Assembly: GCA_035565115.1 (NCBI GenBank) | Contig: DATMTC010000087.1 | Coordinates: forward strand, 1-56,468 | DNA: 56,468 nucleotides | Reading direction: 5' to 3' | Source: Microbacteriaceae bacterium | Lineage (GTDB): Bacteria; Actinomycetota; Actinomycetes; Actinomycetales; Microbacteriaceae | Shown here: positions 1 through 11,560 of the stretch, in pieces | Position numbering within the stretch: position 1 is the first letter of the stretch | Layout: every line of letters starts with the position of its first letter | Notes under the pieces: model-generated | Told to the model about the DNA's origin: nothing | The model's input: the letters and a program-made list of their open reading frames with translations, nothing else | The model's database searches: none | Program-made: the position numbers and the translations under genes

Positions 1-569
1 GCCGAGCCGTCAGGATGCCGCAGCACGGCAAGCGGAAGACCGTCAGGGTCGAGAACGGGGTAACTCTCTTGTTGCCACCCGTCTGGCGAGATCGACTGGC
101 TGAAGTAGCCGGACCGGTAAAACAGGCCGACGCCGGTCAACGGCACTCCGAGATCGGATGCGCTCTTCAAATGGTCGCCGGCCAGAATGCCGAGCCCGCC
201 TGAATACTGCGGCAGGGCGGCAGCGATGCCGAATTCGGGTGAGAAGTATGCGATCGAACCTGGCGCGTCTTCCAACGACTGGTACCACCGCGGTTCGGAA
301 ATGTACCTGTGCAGCTCGTCGCGCAGCGAGTTCGCCCAGTCGACGAACCCCTGATCTGCCGCAAGCTCGTTCAACCGCTCCGGACTGACCTCTCCGAGAA
401 GCGCAACGGGATCGCCGAGCGTTGCCTGCCACACATCGTGCGAAATGTGTTTGAACAGTTGACGGGTGGGTTCGTGCCACGACCAGCGCAGATTCGCAGC
501 GAGTTCTTCAAGCGCCTGCAGCGCGCCAGGGATGACGGCGCGCACGGTAAATCGACGAATTGCCTTCAC
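1..569 (-). CDS. glgP: Alpha-glucan (glycogen/maltodextrin) phosphorylase, 5' part; runs off the window edge
   Basis: Not in the ORF track. Manual minus-strand translation from GTG at 569 gives MKAIRRFTVRAVIP... and later AYFSPEFGIAAALPQYSGGLGILAGDHLKSASDLGVPLTGVGLFYRSGYF, the glucan phosphorylase signature. Divergent from glgE. Confidence 0.9.
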   Translation of the reverse strand, partial: MKAIRRFTVRAVIPGALQALEELAANLRWSWHEPTRQLFKHISHDVWQATLGDPVALLGEVSPERLNELAADQGFVDWANSLRDELHRYISEPRWYQSLEDAPGSIAYFSPEFGIAAALPQYSGGLGILAGDHLKSASDLGVPLTGVGLFYRSGYFSQSISPDGWQQESYPVLDPDGLPLAVLRHPDGS

Positions 570-673
570 TCGCGCAACCCTAGTCGAGCGTCGTGCACGA
601 ATCGAAAACCACTCGGCTAAATCTTGCGATGCAACGGGGCGACAGCACCGGCCATAGACGCTACGGTCGAAGG

Positions 674-2692
674 GTGGCAGATGCGAACGACCAGTATGTT
701 CCAAAGATCGGCAGAATCCCGGTTCTCGCCGTGACCCCGGCCGTCGACAACGGACGGTGGCCGGCGAAGGCGTTCGCAGGCGAAGTCGTTCCATTCGGCG
801 CAACGGCCTTCCGCGAGGGACACGACCTGATCGGCGTTGAATTGCTTCTTGACGCGCCAGGCGGCGAACGTTCCTCTCACCGCATGACCTCGGTCGCTGA
901 AGGCACAGACAGCTGGCGAACGCTCGTGCAGCTTGACACGCAAGGCGTGTGGCGTTTTCGGGTGCGTGCGTTTGCCGACGACTACGCCACCTGGCTGCAC
1001 GACGCCGAGTTGAAGGTGCCGGCCGGAGTCGATGTCGAGCTCATGTTCACGATCGGATCCGGCATGCTGACGGCCGCATCGAAGGACCAGCAGCGTAGCA
1101 CGTCGCAGCGGCGATTCCTCGCTTCGTCGGCCAAATCGGTCAGCGACGCGACACGCACGCCGGTCGAGCGCCTGTCGGCGGCGAGCGACCAGCGACTGCT
1201 CGGCATGCTCGCCGAACAGCCGATCACCCGGCTGTCGTCAACGTCTGACGAGCACAGCATCGTCGTCGAACGCGCCAGGGCAGGCGTCGGTTCCTGGTAC
1301 GAATTCTTTCCACGCTCCGAGGGCGCCAAGCGCAAGGCGGACGGTTCGTGGACATCCGGCACCTTCCGCAGCGCGGCAAAGCGGTTGCCCGAGATCGCAG
1401 CGATGGGGTTCGACGTCGTTTACCTGCCGCCCATCCACCCGATCGGTCGCACAGGAAGGAAGGGCCCGAACAACACGTTGGATGCCGGCGAACACGACCC
1501 AGGTTCGCCATGGGCCATCGGGTCGGCCGACGGCGGGCACGACGCCATCCACCCCGAGCTCGGCCGGGAGAAGGACTTCGCGTTCTTCATCGGCAAGGCG
1601 ACTCAGGCCGGCCTCGAGGTCGCGATCGATCTCGCACTTCAGGCATCCCCGGATCATCCGTGGGTCACCGAGCATCCCGAGTGGTTCACCACCCTGCCGG
1701 ATGGCTCAATTCAGTTCGCGGAGAACCCGCCCAAAAAGTATCAAGACATCTATCCGGTGAACTTCGACAATGATCCGCTCGGCATCCGTGCTGAGGTGCT
1801 GCGGATCGTGCGTCACTGGATCGACCGTGGAATCCGCATCTTCAGGGTCGACAACCCGCACACGAAGCCGCTCGACTTCTGGGAGTGGCTGATCCACACG
1901 GTGGGCGCGGAGCATCCGGATGTCGTGTTCCTGGCCGAGGCGTTCACCCGACCCGCCGTGATGCAGACGCTGGCCAAGGTGGGTTTCCAGCAGTCCTACA
2001 CCTACTTCACCTGGCGGAACACCAAAGTGGAGCTTGAAGAGTTCCTCGACTCGATTGCGACGCAGACCGCCGACTTTCTGCGGCCGAACCTGTTCGTGAA
2101 CACGCCGGACATCCTGACCGAATACCTTCAGTTCGGAGGGCCGGCCGCATTCAAGATCCGTGCGGCAATAGCAGCGACCGCCGCACCGACCTGGGGTGTG
2201 TATTCCGGATATGAGCTTTTCGAGAACGTCGCACGAAGCGGTGCTGAGGAATACATCGACAACGAGAAATACGAGTATCGGCCGCGCGACTATGCGCGCG
2301 CCGCGTCGCTCGGACTCTCGCTTTCGTCGTACCTGACCATGCTTAACGAGGCGCGCAACGCGCATCCAGCGCTGCGTCAGCTTCGCAATCTGACACTGCA
2401 GTACAGCGACGACGACGCCATCCTGGTGTACAGCAAGGCGCTCGAAGGCCGGTTCACCCGCAGCGGCAAGCCAGACGCGATGATCATCGTGGCCAACGTC
2501 GACCCGCACTCGGTGCGCGAGACCATCGTTCACCTCGATCTTCCAAGCATCGGGTTGCCGCTCGGCGCCCGGTTTGAGGTCAAAGACCTCGTCAGCGGCG
2601 CAAAGTGGACCTGGGGTGCCGACAACTACGTGCGGCTTGACGCGTTCGCCGAACCGGTGCATATCCTCCATGTGAAACAGGTGCAATCATGA
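674..2692 (+). CDS. glgE: Alpha-1,4-glucan:maltose-1-phosphate maltosyltransferase (GH13_3)
   Basis: Motifs [54 protein letters not shown]. Start placed at in-frame GTG 674 rather than 593. Confidence 0.95.
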   Translation: MADANDQYVPKIGRIPVLAVTPAVDNGRWPAKAFAGEVVPFGATAFREGHDLIGVELLLDAPGGERSSHRMTSVAEGTDSWRTLVQLDTQGVWRFRVRAFADDYATWLHDAELKVPAGVDVELMFTIGSGMLTAASKDQQRSTSQRRFLASSAKSVSDATRTPVERLSAASDQRLLGMLAEQPITRLSSTSDEHSIVVERARAGVGSWYEFFPRSEGAKRKADGSWTSGTFRSAAKRLPEIAAMGFDVVYLPPIHPIGRTGRKGPNNTLDAGEHDPGSPWAIGSADGGHDAIHPELGREKDFAFFIGKATQAGLEVAIDLALQASPDHPWVTEHPEWFTTLPDGSIQFAENPPKKYQDIYPVNFDNDPLGIRAEVLRIVRHWIDRGIRIFRVDNPHTKPLDFWEWLIHTVGAEHPDVVFLAEAFTRPAVMQTLAKVGFQQSYTYFTWRNTKVELEEFLDSIATQTADFLRPNLFVNTPDILTEYLQFGGPAAFKIRAAIAATAAPTWGVYSGYELFENVARSGAEEYIDNEKYEYRPRDYARAASLGLSLSSYLTMLNEARNAHPALRQLRNLTLQYSDDDAILVYSKALEGRFTRSGKPDAMIIVANVDPHSVRETIVHLDLPSIGLPLGARFEVKDLVSGAKWTWGADNYVRLDAFAEPVHILHVKQVQS

Positions 2693-4908
2693 CGTCGATC
2701 CCAGAAGGCGCAGCAGCGCTGGCAGCCCCGGAGCTTTCGGACGACGTGCTTGCCGCCGTGGCAGCCGGCGTGCATCACGACCCGCACGCCGTGCTCGGCC
2801 AGCACCTGGTGGCGGCCGATGGCATCCGCGACCGGGTCACGGTCATTCGCGCGCTACGCCCGTTGGCCGATGCTGTGACAGCGGTTCTCAGCACGGGCGC
2901 TCGCGTGTCACTCGGTCACGTCGGACACGGCATCTGGCAGGGCGTGCACGTGCTCGGCCTGGCGGATTACCTGATCGAAGCGCGCTACCCAGGTGCACCG
3001 GTCTGGAGCGCAGACGATCCATACCGGTATGCGCCGTCGATCGGCGAACTCGACCTTCACCTGATCGCCGAGGGACGTCATGAGCGGCTGTGGGATGCGC
3101 TCGGTGCACACTACCGGTCGCACGCGGGCGTCACCGGAACGGTCAGAGGAACATCGTTCACGGTCTGGGCTCCGAATGCGCGCGCTGTGCGGGTGATCGG
3201 CGATTTCAACGATTGGGACGGCTCGCGCAACGCAATGCGCAACATGGGCGCGAGCGGTGTGTGGGAGCTCTTTCTGCCGGCCGTCGAGCCTGGGGCGGTC
3301 TACAAGTTCGAGATCCTCGGCGCTGAAGGCCAGTGGCTACGCAAGGCCGACCCGATGGCCAGGCTGGCCGAGAAACCGCCTGCGACCGCGTCCGTCGTGG
3401 TCGACAGCGCATACAGCTGGCAGGATGCCGCCTGGCTGGCCGAGCGAGACTCCCACGACCCACACGACCGTCCGATGAGCGTCTACGAGGTGCACTTCGG
3501 GTCGTGGCGACCAGGGCTGTCGTATCGGGATGCCGCCGATCAGTTGATCGAGTACGTGGGCGAACTCGGATTCACGCACGTCGAGTTCATGCCGCTCGCC
3601 GAGCATCCATTCGGTGGTTCATGGGGTTACCAGGTCACAGGCTATTACGCTCCGACAAGCCGCTTCGGGCATCCAGATGATCTGCGCTACCTGATCGACC
3701 GGTTGCACCAGGCAGGCATCGGCGTGCTCATGGACTGGGTGCCAGGCCATTTTCCGAAAGACGAGTGGGCGCTGGCCAGGTTCGACGGTGACGCGCTGTA
3801 TGAGCACGCCGACCCGAGGCGGGGCGAGCAGAAGGACTGGGGAACGCTGGTCTTCAACTTCGGCAGAAGTGAAGTGCGCAACTTTCTGGTTGCCAACGCG
3901 CTCTACTGGCTCGAGGAGTTCCACGTCGACGGTCTGCGGGTAGACGCTGTCGCATCCATGCTCTACCTGGACTATTCGCGATCAGAAGGCGAATGGCTGC
4001 CGAACATCCACGGAGGCCGTGAGAACCTCGAAGCGATCTCGTTCTTGCAGGAGGCCACAGCAACGGCGTACAAACGCAACCCGGGCATCGTGATGATCGC
4101 TGAGGAATCAACCAGTTTCAGCGGAGTGACAGCCCCGACCGTGAGCGGTGGGCTCGGTTTCGGCCTGAAATGGAACATGGGCTGGATGCACGACTCGTTG
4201 CAGTACATGCAGGAAGATCCGATGTACCGCGCATATCACCACAGCGAGATCACGTTCTCGTTCGTGTACGCATTCAGCGAGAACTTCCTGCTGCCGATCA
4301 GCCACGACGAGGTCGTGCACGGCAAGGGCTCCCTGCTCACGAAGATGCCTGGCGACCATTGGCAGCAGTTGGCGAATGTTCGCGCATACCTCGCGTTCAT
4401 GTGGGCTCACCCTGGCAAGCAGCTGCTGTTCATGGGCCAAGAGTTCGGTCAGCCGAGCGAGTGGAGCGAAGAACGCGGACTCGACTGGTGGATTCTCGAT
4501 CAGCCGACCCACCGTGGCCTGTTCGACCTGGTGCGCGAACTCAACAGGTTGTACGCGCAGAACCCCAGCCTGTGGCGCTACGACAACGATCCGCGCGGCT
4601 TCGAATGGCTCGACGGCGGTGACGCCAAAAACAATGTGGTCGCGTTCCTGCGCTGGGATGACGGCAACCCGATCGCCGTCATCATGAACTTCTCCGGTGT
4701 GCCGCACGCCGGATACCGGGTCGGCCTGCCATTCGCAGGCGAGTGGGAGGAACTGCTGAACACGGATGCCGCCGAATACGGCGGCTCAGGCGTCGGCAAC
4801 CTGGGCGGTGTGACCGCGACGAACGAGCCGTGGGCCGGGCGGTCTGCCTCGGCCGAGCTCACCCTGCCGCCGCTCGGTGGCCTCTGGCTGCGCCCTCGCG
4901 CTCGCTGA
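2689..4908 (+). CDS. glgB: 1,4-alpha-glucan branching enzyme
   Basis: [70 protein letters not shown] overlap with glgE. Confidence 0.97.
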   Translation: MTSIPEGAAALAAPELSDDVLAAVAAGVHHDPHAVLGQHLVAADGIRDRVTVIRALRPLADAVTAVLSTGARVSLGHVGHGIWQGVHVLGLADYLIEARYPGAPVWSADDPYRYAPSIGELDLHLIAEGRHERLWDALGAHYRSHAGVTGTVRGTSFTVWAPNARAVRVIGDFNDWDGSRNAMRNMGASGVWELFLPAVEPGAVYKFEILGAEGQWLRKADPMARLAEKPPATASVVVDSAYSWQDAAWLAERDSHDPHDRPMSVYEVHFGSWRPGLSYRDAADQLIEYVGELGFTHVEFMPLAEHPFGGSWGYQVTGYYAPTSRFGHPDDLRYLIDRLHQAGIGVLMDWVPGHFPKDEWALARFDGDALYEHADPRRGEQKDWGTLVFNFGRSEVRNFLVANALYWLEEFHVDGLRVDAVASMLYLDYSRSEGEWLPNIHGGRENLEAISFLQEATATAYKRNPGIVMIAEESTSFSGVTAPTVSGGLGFGLKWNMGWMHDSLQYMQEDPMYRAYHHSEITFSFVYAFSENFLLPISHDEVVHGKGSLLTKMPGDHWQQLANVRAYLAFMWAHPGKQLLFMGQEFGQPSEWSEERGLDWWILDQPTHRGLFDLVRELNRLYAQNPSLWRYDNDPRGFEWLDGGDAKNNVVAFLRWDDGNPIAVIMNFSGVPHAGYRVGLPFAGEWEELLNTDAAEYGGSGVGNLGGVTATNEPWAGRSASAELTLPPLGGLWLRPRAR

Positions 4909-4920
4909 GCCTGTCGAAGC
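4902..4920. repeat. REP-like 19-bp repeat unit, copy 1; contains the glgB stop codon
   Basis: tcgctgagcctgtcgaagc; 18/19 identical to 40985-41003. Confidence 0.6.
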
Positions 4921-4925
4921 GCCGC

Positions 4926-5891
4926 TCAGTACAGCAAGCTGGTCAACCTGGCACGGGCACGTGCCACGCGCGGGTCGTCTGTTCCGACGATCTCGAAGTA
5001 GTCGAGCAGCCGCTCACGAACGCGATTCTTGCCGTCTGAATCGAGCTTAGGGAACAGACCGAGCAGCCGATCGAATGCATCATCGACGTGTCCGCCCGAG
5101 ACATCCAAATCGGCGACGTCGAGCCCGGCATCCAGACTCGTCGGGTTCTCGGCAGCCACCGACCGGATCTGATCGGCCGAGCGCGAGTTCAGCCGAGCGA
5201 GCAGACTGACCTGCGCCAGTCCCGCCACGGCCTGGCTGTCGCGAGGATCTTGGGCGATCGCAGTCTTGTATGCGGCGATCGCGGCACCGTAGTCACCGCG
5301 CTCGATCGCGTCATACGCCTCCTGGTGCAACGGGGGCAGTGGCTCTGGCTCCGCCTCCTGCGGCGTCTGGGATTCCTCACCCGTCGCATCCACGTTCGCG
5401 CGTCCCGTTACACCGTTCTGAGCGGCAAGCGCGAGCACCTGCTCGAATACGTCACGCACCTGCTGCTCTGGAATGGCTCCGGTGAACAACGCGACAGGGC
5501 GACCGCCGATGAGTGCGGCGACTGTCGGAATCGACTGCGCCTGGAAGGCCTGGGACAGCTGTGGGTTCGCATCGACATCCACCTTGACAAGCACGAGCCT
5601 GCCCGCGTATTCGGCAACGAGCTTCTCGAGAATCGGCGACAGCTGCTTGCACGGTTCACACCACGTCGCCCACAGGTCGACGATGACAGGAACAGACGAG
5701 GAAAGATCGAGGAACTGCGAAAAATTGGTGTCGGTTCCGTCGAACATGAGCGAGGGCAACTGTTGATTGCCTGCAGGCGCTTGATTCGGATCCGGTCGGT
5801 TGACCAGTGCTGAGAGGTCGACGGCGCCGCGCAATCCGGCGCCCGGGATTCCCGCACCGTTCGATCCACCTTGGGACGTTGGGTCAGTCAT
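4926..5891 (-). CDS. Thioredoxin-TPR co-chaperone (YbbN/CnoX family)
   Basis: Thioredoxin domain with WATWCEPCKQL, followed by a helical TPR-like C-terminus ending ARARLTSLLY. TGATG coupling to the upstream gene. Confidence 0.88.
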   Translation of the reverse strand: MTDPTSQGGSNGAGIPGAGLRGAVDLSALVNRPDPNQAPAGNQQLPSLMFDGTDTNFSQFLDLSSSVPVIVDLWATWCEPCKQLSPILEKLVAEYAGRLVLVKVDVDANPQLSQAFQAQSIPTVAALIGGRPVALFTGAIPEQQVRDVFEQVLALAAQNGVTGRANVDATGEESQTPQEAEPEPLPPLHQEAYDAIERGDYGAAIAAYKTAIAQDPRDSQAVAGLAQVSLLARLNSRSADQIRSVAAENPTSLDAGLDVADLDVSGGHVDDAFDRLLGLFPKLDSDGKNRVRERLLDYFEIVGTDDPRVARARARLTSLLY

Positions 5892-7765
5892 CACAGTTCC
5901 TTCGCAGAGATCGGGGCCTGGGAGAAGCCGAGCAGCCGAATTTGGTCTTTCGAGTCGGCAGGCGGCACATAAAACAGTAGCTGGTAACCGTAGGTCGTCG
6001 CCAAACCTGTTGTGCTCTCGTCCACGCCTGTCATGGCGGCGGTGACACTGCCCGCGCCGACCTTTGCCCCGTCTTCGACCGGTTTGACCGTTGCCGTCTC
6101 TGTGACACTCGTGGCAACGAGCGCCCCTGACTGGTTGGTCGCCATCGCGACCGGCTGACCGGATGCCTTCCCAGCCGTGTACGCGAGCGTCGCCGTTGTC
6201 GGAAGGTCCGCAATCTGCTTCGCCTTGTAATCGGCGCCTACCTGCTTGCTGAGGCCATCCGTCTTCTCGTCGAACATCGACGCGTACTTGCTCTTCGCGC
6301 CGTTCAGCAGCACGTCGCTGTAGGCCTCACCCAGTTTCTCCGGCGCGATGCGCAACAGTTTCGAGTTCGGCGGAACAACGGATGCTCCGATGTTGACCGG
6401 CGCAAGATCGGGCACCTTCGCGTCGGCCTGCAGCGAAATGGCGTACTCGACCTGATAGTTGTCTCGCGGCGTCTCCTGCGTCATGACCAGGTCGAGGGGT
6501 GCTGACTTCTCGTTGGCCTTGTCGCGCACGACGGCGCTGACCACGCGGGGCCACGAATCCGTCGCTTGCGGCAGTGCGACGACCATCGCGAAGTCTGCCG
6601 GCACCGGCTGCAGCGCTGCAGCGTCGGTCTTCTTCGCGCGGATCGCGTAGTTCGCTTTGCGGGCGTCCAGTGCCGGGCCGGTGAAGCGGGTGCTGAGCAG
6701 ATTGGCATCGAGCTTCGAATCGGCCTGCGTGGTGAGCGTCGCGATGCGGGTGACGATGTCATCCAGCTGCGGGGCCGTGACAGCGGGAGGCGGTGCTTCC
6801 TTTCCCTGCCCGGGCAAGTCGGTGGCCAGCGGGGTGACGGTAGCCGATGGCGTCGGCTTCGCACCGAAATTCGGCCAATACTCGGCAGAGCACCCCGAGA
6901 AAAGCAGTGAACCGACGATGACAACCGGAACGACGATGACTCGGCGCCGGATGGAGCGCCTGCCCTTGCCTGACTCGAGTGCCCCGGTCGGCTTGTACCG
7001 AGGAGACTTGGGAAGCTTCGGCATCTTGGGGCCCCCCGTTCGACGAGGACCGCGGGCACGCCGCATGCCTCGCAGCGCGAACAGATACAGGATGAGGCCG
7101 ACGATGAGCAGGATGCCGCCGCCCACGATCAGAGGTCCAGACCATGGAGTGGAGTCGTCGAGCGGCCACACCAGCTCGATGGAGTTCGGCGCCGGCGCTG
7201 TTCCGTCACTTGCGATGATCACGCTGATCGAGTCTGGAACGTTCATCTTCGTGATCGCAGAGTCCTCGCCGACAAACTGCTCAAGCCACAGATCCGAACC
7301 GATCGGATTCGGGCCGGCCTTCTTGGACGATGTGCCCGCCGAGCCCTTCTGGCCGTCAGCGGACGCGGTTGGCGTCGGCGTGGGTGTCGGCGTTTCGGTC
7401 GGCGCGGGCGTCGAATCGTCGTCTGTGCCGGACTTCGCGGTCACAAGGTGCGAGCCAAGCGAGTTGCTTGCGGCCTTGTATGTGATCCGCGAATACGGTT
7501 CGTCGCCCAGCCACGCCTTCACGTCGGCCGTGCGACCGTATGCCACGAACGACTTCTTCGCTCCGCTGACCAACAGGGTCTGCTGACCGGGGTGCGCGTT
7601 CAGCACCGCGCCGTCTATCACGGTGAACGGCGCAGACCCTTTCACCGTTGTCGATGCGACGAGTGTGCTTGGCGCCGCCCACACCGTGCGTTGCGCAATT
7701 CCGACTCCAATGAGAGCCGCGGCAACCACGAAAGTCACAATGGCGAGAACGAAACGCACGAACAC
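5891..7765 (-). CDS. Conserved hypothetical membrane-anchored/extracytoplasmic protein
   Basis: 624-aa ORF with an N-terminal hydrophobic helix, PT-rich linker, internal TM helix and a lipobox-like LLFSGC segment. Coupled to the downstream gene. Confidence 0.75.
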   Translation of the reverse strand: MFVRFVLAIVTFVVAAALIGVGIAQRTVWAAPSTLVASTTVKGSAPFTVIDGAVLNAHPGQQTLLVSGAKKSFVAYGRTADVKAWLGDEPYSRITYKAASNSLGSHLVTAKSGTDDDSTPAPTETPTPTPTPTASADGQKGSAGTSSKKAGPNPIGSDLWLEQFVGEDSAITKMNVPDSISVIIASDGTAPAPNSIELVWPLDDSTPWSGPLIVGGGILLIVGLILYLFALRGMRRARGPRRTGGPKMPKLPKSPRYKPTGALESGKGRRSIRRRVIVVPVVIVGSLLFSGCSAEYWPNFGAKPTPSATVTPLATDLPGQGKEAPPPAVTAPQLDDIVTRIATLTTQADSKLDANLLSTRFTGPALDARKANYAIRAKKTDAAALQPVPADFAMVVALPQATDSWPRVVSAVVRDKANEKSAPLDLVMTQETPRDNYQVEYAISLQADAKVPDLAPVNIGASVVPPNSKLLRIAPEKLGEAYSDVLLNGAKSKYASMFDEKTDGLSKQVGADYKAKQIADLPTTATLAYTAGKASGQPVAMATNQSGALVATSVTETATVKPVEDGAKVGAGSVTAAMTGVDESTTGLATTYGYQLLFYVPPADSKDQIRLLGFSQAPISAKEL

Positions 7766-7973
7766 TCCTCCTGCGTTGCCGGTCCACCCACGTCAAGCAC
7801 GGCAACAATCAAAGACAGTCAACAATACCGGTGCCATCCTGGGAGGGGCATCACAGCACGCTGAGCCCACAGGCAGATGCACCGAGCACGCCGCGCCGCT
7901 AAGATCGGATCAGCCTGCAGGCTAGCCGAACCTGCGTTCCCCTAAAACCCCCAACATACGGGAGAGGTATCCA

Positions 7974-9422
7974 GTGCCCACCGACGAGACAGAGTTCACC
8001 CAGGTCTTCCGCGGATACGACAAGGAAGAGGTCGATTCGGCCCTTCAAGACTTGCGTCGCGAACTCATCAAGGCCAACACGCAGGGCGCTGAGTCAGCCA
8101 AAGAGATCAAACGGCTGAACGCCAGGATCGAAGAGCTCAACGCCGAGATCGAAGAAGTCGGCTCGCCCACCTTCTCTGGGCTTGGAACCAAGCTCGAGAA
8201 CACGCTGCGGGTCGCAGAAGAGCAATCGACGCGGATGATCGCGCAGGCAGACATCGACGCCGAGAAACTGCGCAGCGCTGTGCAGGCCGAGATCGAGAAG
8301 TCCCGCCGTGCAGCCGCCGAACAGGCCGACAGGGTGCTGGCCGACGCGCATGCCAGGGCAGAGACAACGGTGCAGGATGCGCAGATCGAAGCGCACGAGA
8401 TCGTTGCGAAGGCCAAGCAGCTCGAAGAGCAGATGAAGCAGGATGCGTTGCGTGAAGCCGCAGCGATCCGCGGCGCAGTCGCTACCGAGGCCGCCGAACT
8501 GCGCGCGACGAGCAAGCGCGAATCGGCTGCCGTTCGCGCTGAAGCCGAGCGTGAAGCCGCCGAGATCAAGGTTGTGGCGGCCAGAGAGGCTGAAGAAGCC
8601 CGCGCAGCAGCAGAGGGTTTGAACGCTGAGACAGCACAGACCCGCGCGGCCGTCGCTCGTGAGCTCGACCAGAAGCGTGCTGCGTTGAAGGATGAACTGG
8701 AGAAGGCCCGGCTGGCCCTTGCCCAAGAGACCGAGCAGGCTCGGCTGGACGCAACGGCGGATGCGAAGCAGGCGCGGATCGACCTCGCCAACGAGATCGA
8801 GCAGGGTCGTGCAGGCATTGAGCGCGAAATCGAGCAGCGGCGAGCCGACCTCGACAATGAGCTGAGCACGCGGCGCACGGAGTTCGACAGCGCGGCAGAG
8901 AAGTCGCGCATCGCTCTGGCTGAGGAACTGGCTCAGACACGCAAAAAGGCGACAGCGGAGATCGAACGCGGCTTGCGGCAGGCTGAACAAGCTCGCATCG
9001 ACCTCGACGTCGAACTGAAGGCCCAGCGGGATCAGGCCGAGAAGGAACACCTCAGCAACCATCAGGAGGCTGTCGCACAGACCCAGCGCTACCTCGACGA
9101 CGCCAATCATCAACTCGCCGAAGCGATTCGTCGCACGACGCTGGCGCGCGAAGAGGCGGACTCCGTCGAGGCGGATGCTCGTGCCGAGGTCAAGGCAGCA
9201 CGCAAAGATGCAGAGGTCACGGCAGCTCAGATTGTGCGCAGCGCCGAGGACCGTGCACGCGAGATCATCGAGGAAGCCGACGAGCGCACCAGAAAGCTCG
9301 TGTCGGATGCCGAAGAGCGGCTCTCGCAGATTAAGATCGAGCGCGAGGCTGTCGCCGGGTACTTCGAGTCCCTGCGCGGTGTTCTCACTCAGGCGGAACA
9401 GGTGACAGCAGAAAACGCGTGA
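7974..9422 (+). CDS. DivIVA-domain long coiled-coil protein
   Basis: N-terminal F..VFRGYDKEEVD DivIVA motif followed by about 450 aa of A/E/R-rich heptads. GAGAGG RBS upstream. Confidence 0.85.
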   Translation: MPTDETEFTQVFRGYDKEEVDSALQDLRRELIKANTQGAESAKEIKRLNARIEELNAEIEEVGSPTFSGLGTKLENTLRVAEEQSTRMIAQADIDAEKLRSAVQAEIEKSRRAAAEQADRVLADAHARAETTVQDAQIEAHEIVAKAKQLEEQMKQDALREAAAIRGAVATEAAELRATSKRESAAVRAEAEREAAEIKVVAAREAEEARAAAEGLNAETAQTRAAVARELDQKRAALKDELEKARLALAQETEQARLDATADAKQARIDLANEIEQGRAGIEREIEQRRADLDNELSTRRTEFDSAAEKSRIALAEELAQTRKKATAEIERGLRQAEQARIDLDVELKAQRDQAEKEHLSNHQEAVAQTQRYLDDANHQLAEAIRRTTLAREEADSVEADARAEVKAARKDAEVTAAQIVRSAEDRAREIIEEADERTRKLVSDAEERLSQIKIEREAVAGYFESLRGVLTQAEQVTAENA

Positions 9423-9450
9423 GAACCACAATCCGCAGGGGGAAAAACGG

Positions 9451-10491
9451 GTGAAGATTCAAAACGCGTTCCGCGTCGGCCTGGTAGGCACGCTCGGCGT
9501 TGGACTCGGCGTGCTCATCCTGACGTCGGTCGTCGCCTTGTCGACCATCCTCACCTACATCGGGGCCGCGCTGTTCATCGCACTGGGTATCGAGCCGATT
9601 GTTGCGTTCCTCGAGCGTCGGAAGCTTCCGCGCTGGGCAGCGTTGCTGATCGTGCTCGCCGCCCTGCTCGGATTTCTGGCGCTGCTCATCTGGATGATCG
9701 TGCCGATCATCATCGACCAGTCGACTCAGCTGGTCAAGGAGGTCACGCGGTTCGTCAACTCCGGCAAGGCCGTCGATTGGTATGAGGGGCTGAAAGACCA
9801 GTTCCCCGCCATCGACTTCGACAGCGCACTGCAACAGGCATGGGACTACGTGCAGAAGAACGTCGGCGGGATCACCGGCGGTATCGTGCAGGCCGGCGTC
9901 GGTATCGTCAGCGGGTTCTTCGGCGTGGTCATCGTCTTGATCCTTACGCTGTACTTCGTGGCATCGCTCAACAACATCAAGCGTGCCACCTACCAGTTGG
10001 TGCCTGCATCGCAGCGCGCGCGGTTCTCCGACCTCGCGGAACAGATCAGCGACTCGGTTGGCAAGTACGTGATCGGGCAGGTCGCACTTGCTCTGTGCAA
10101 CGGCATCCTGAGCGCCATCTTCCTCACGATTATCGGCGCACCGTTCCCTCTGCTGCTGGCCGTGATCGCGTTCATGTTCTCGCTGATCCCGCTCGTTGGA
10201 ACGATCACAGGCTCTGTCATCATCGTGCTGCTGTCGCTGCTGCTCGCGTCACCGCTCACCGCGCTGGTCGCTGCGATCTGGTACGTGATCTATATGCAGA
10301 TCGAGGCATACGTTCTCAGCCCCAACATCATGAACCGTGCCGTATCGGTGCCGGGCGCAGTCGTCGTGATCGCGGCGCTCGCCGGAGGATCGCTTCTGGG
10401 CATCCTCGGTGCGCTGATCGCCATACCCGTTGCGGCATCGATGCTGTTGATCATCAAACAGGTTGTGATCCCCAGGCAGAACGAGCTTTAG
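9451..10491 (+). CDS. AI-2E family transporter (PerM-like)
   Basis: Multiple TM helices; LIPLVG, QIEAYVLSPNIM and GILGALIAIPVAA motifs. Confidence 0.9.
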   Translation: MKIQNAFRVGLVGTLGVGLGVLILTSVVALSTILTYIGAALFIALGIEPIVAFLERRKLPRWAALLIVLAALLGFLALLIWMIVPIIIDQSTQLVKEVTRFVNSGKAVDWYEGLKDQFPAIDFDSALQQAWDYVQKNVGGITGGIVQAGVGIVSGFFGVVIVLILTLYFVASLNNIKRATYQLVPASQRARFSDLAEQISDSVGKYVIGQVALALCNGILSAIFLTIIGAPFPLLLAVIAFMFSLIPLVGTITGSVIIVLLSLLLASPLTALVAAIWYVIYMQIEAYVLSPNIMNRAVSVPGAVVVIAALAGGSLLGILGALIAIPVAASMLLIIKQVVIPRQNEL

Positions 10492-11228
10492 CCTGCCGCG
10501 TACTCGGTCGGCAACGGAAGCGCAGACGGGTTGACAACGTTCACGATCTCGGTGAGCACCCGGTAGGTCAGCTTCTCCCCCACCCAGAGATGTTTGCCTC
10601 CTTCCACACCGACGATGTGCGCGTGAGGCACGACAGCGAACCGCGACCGCGCTTCTTCCGGCCGCAGATAGTCGTCGAACTCTGGCACGATCACAATGAA
10701 CGGCCGTGGGTCATCCGCCCAGGCTCGCAGATCGGCTTCACTCGCCCTGTGCAACGGTGGTGAGAGCAGGATGACGCCATCGACGGCGAGCTGCCTGCCG
10801 TACTTGATCGCAAGCTCGGTGCCGAACGACCAGCCGACCAGCCACGGATGCGGCAGCTTCCTGTTCTGCACGAACTCCATGGCCGCGGCCACGTCGTGCT
10901 GCTCCGCGACTCCGTCATCGAAACTGCCCTCACTGGTTCCTCGCGCTGATGATGTTCCACGCGTGTTGAATCTCACGACCGCCAGGTCGGCCAATTCTGG
11001 GAGCCTGGCTGCCGCCTTGCGCAGAATGTGGGAGTCCATGAACCCACCAGCCGTCGGCAACGGATGCAGCGTCACCAGGGTTGCCGCCGGCTCCTTGCTC
11101 TCCGGCACGGCCAGCTCGCCGACCAGTGTGAGGCCATCTTCGGTGAGCAATTCGATGTTCTGTCGGCGCGCTGGAAGCTCGATGCCGCCCCTGATCGGGG
11201 CCGGTCTAGTCGGATTGCTGCTGTCCAT
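10488..11228 (-). CDS. Alpha/beta hydrolase
   Basis: HPLPTAGGFMDS, FNTRG, nucleophile elbow GWSFG, C-terminal His (GKHLW). Confidence 0.88.
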   Translation of the reverse strand: MDSSNPTRPAPIRGGIELPARRQNIELLTEDGLTLVGELAVPESKEPAATLVTLHPLPTAGGFMDSHILRKAAARLPELADLAVVRFNTRGTSSARGTSEGSFDDGVAEQHDVAAAMEFVQNRKLPHPWLVGWSFGTELAIKYGRQLAVDGVILLSPPLHRASEADLRAWADDPRPFIVIVPEFDDYLRPEEARSRFAVVPHAHIVGVEGGKHLWVGEKLTYRVLTEIVNVVNPSALPLPTEYAAG

Positions 11229-11525
11229 TCAGCTGATCTTCCAGCAGTGCGTGTGCCAGTGTCGGCGCGCGGCGATGTCTGCGCCGTCGCCGAGGATGCC
11301 GTCCGCCCGCCACGCGACGATGTGGGCAACGCCTGGCGAAACCTCCAGCTCGCAGCCGGGGCAGATGTAGATCTTGGTCGCCTGCTGGGAAGAAACTGGC
11401 TGCACATTCCAGGTTGACCCTCGCCTGTGTTCAGTCCTTCGCCACCCAGACGCGAGATGCTCCAACGACAGTTCGTCGGTGGCGGAGGGGAGCTTCCGCC
11501 CACGAGGTCGGTTGCTGCGCGGCAT
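11229..11525 (-). CDS. Small conserved actinobacterial protein with probable metal-binding Cys/His motifs
   Basis: YICPGC ... HIVAW ... RRHWHTHCW. Leaderless TAGAAT -10 lies 6 nt upstream of the ATG. Confidence 0.8.
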   Translation of the reverse strand: MPRSNRPRGRKLPSATDELSLEHLASGWRRTEHRRGSTWNVQPVSSQQATKIYICPGCELEVSPGVAHIVAWRADGILGDGADIAARRHWHTHCWKIS

Positions 11526-11560
11526 GCATCAATTCTAAGAGGTCGGCCACGCAGAGCGGG

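Noticed and set aside
8045-9431. Long antisense ORFs (445 aa and 288 aa), and similar ones at 44213-45946, 30029-31246 and 1706-2686
   Set aside because: They are stop-poor shadow frames of real genes in high-GC DNA with no recognisable motifs.
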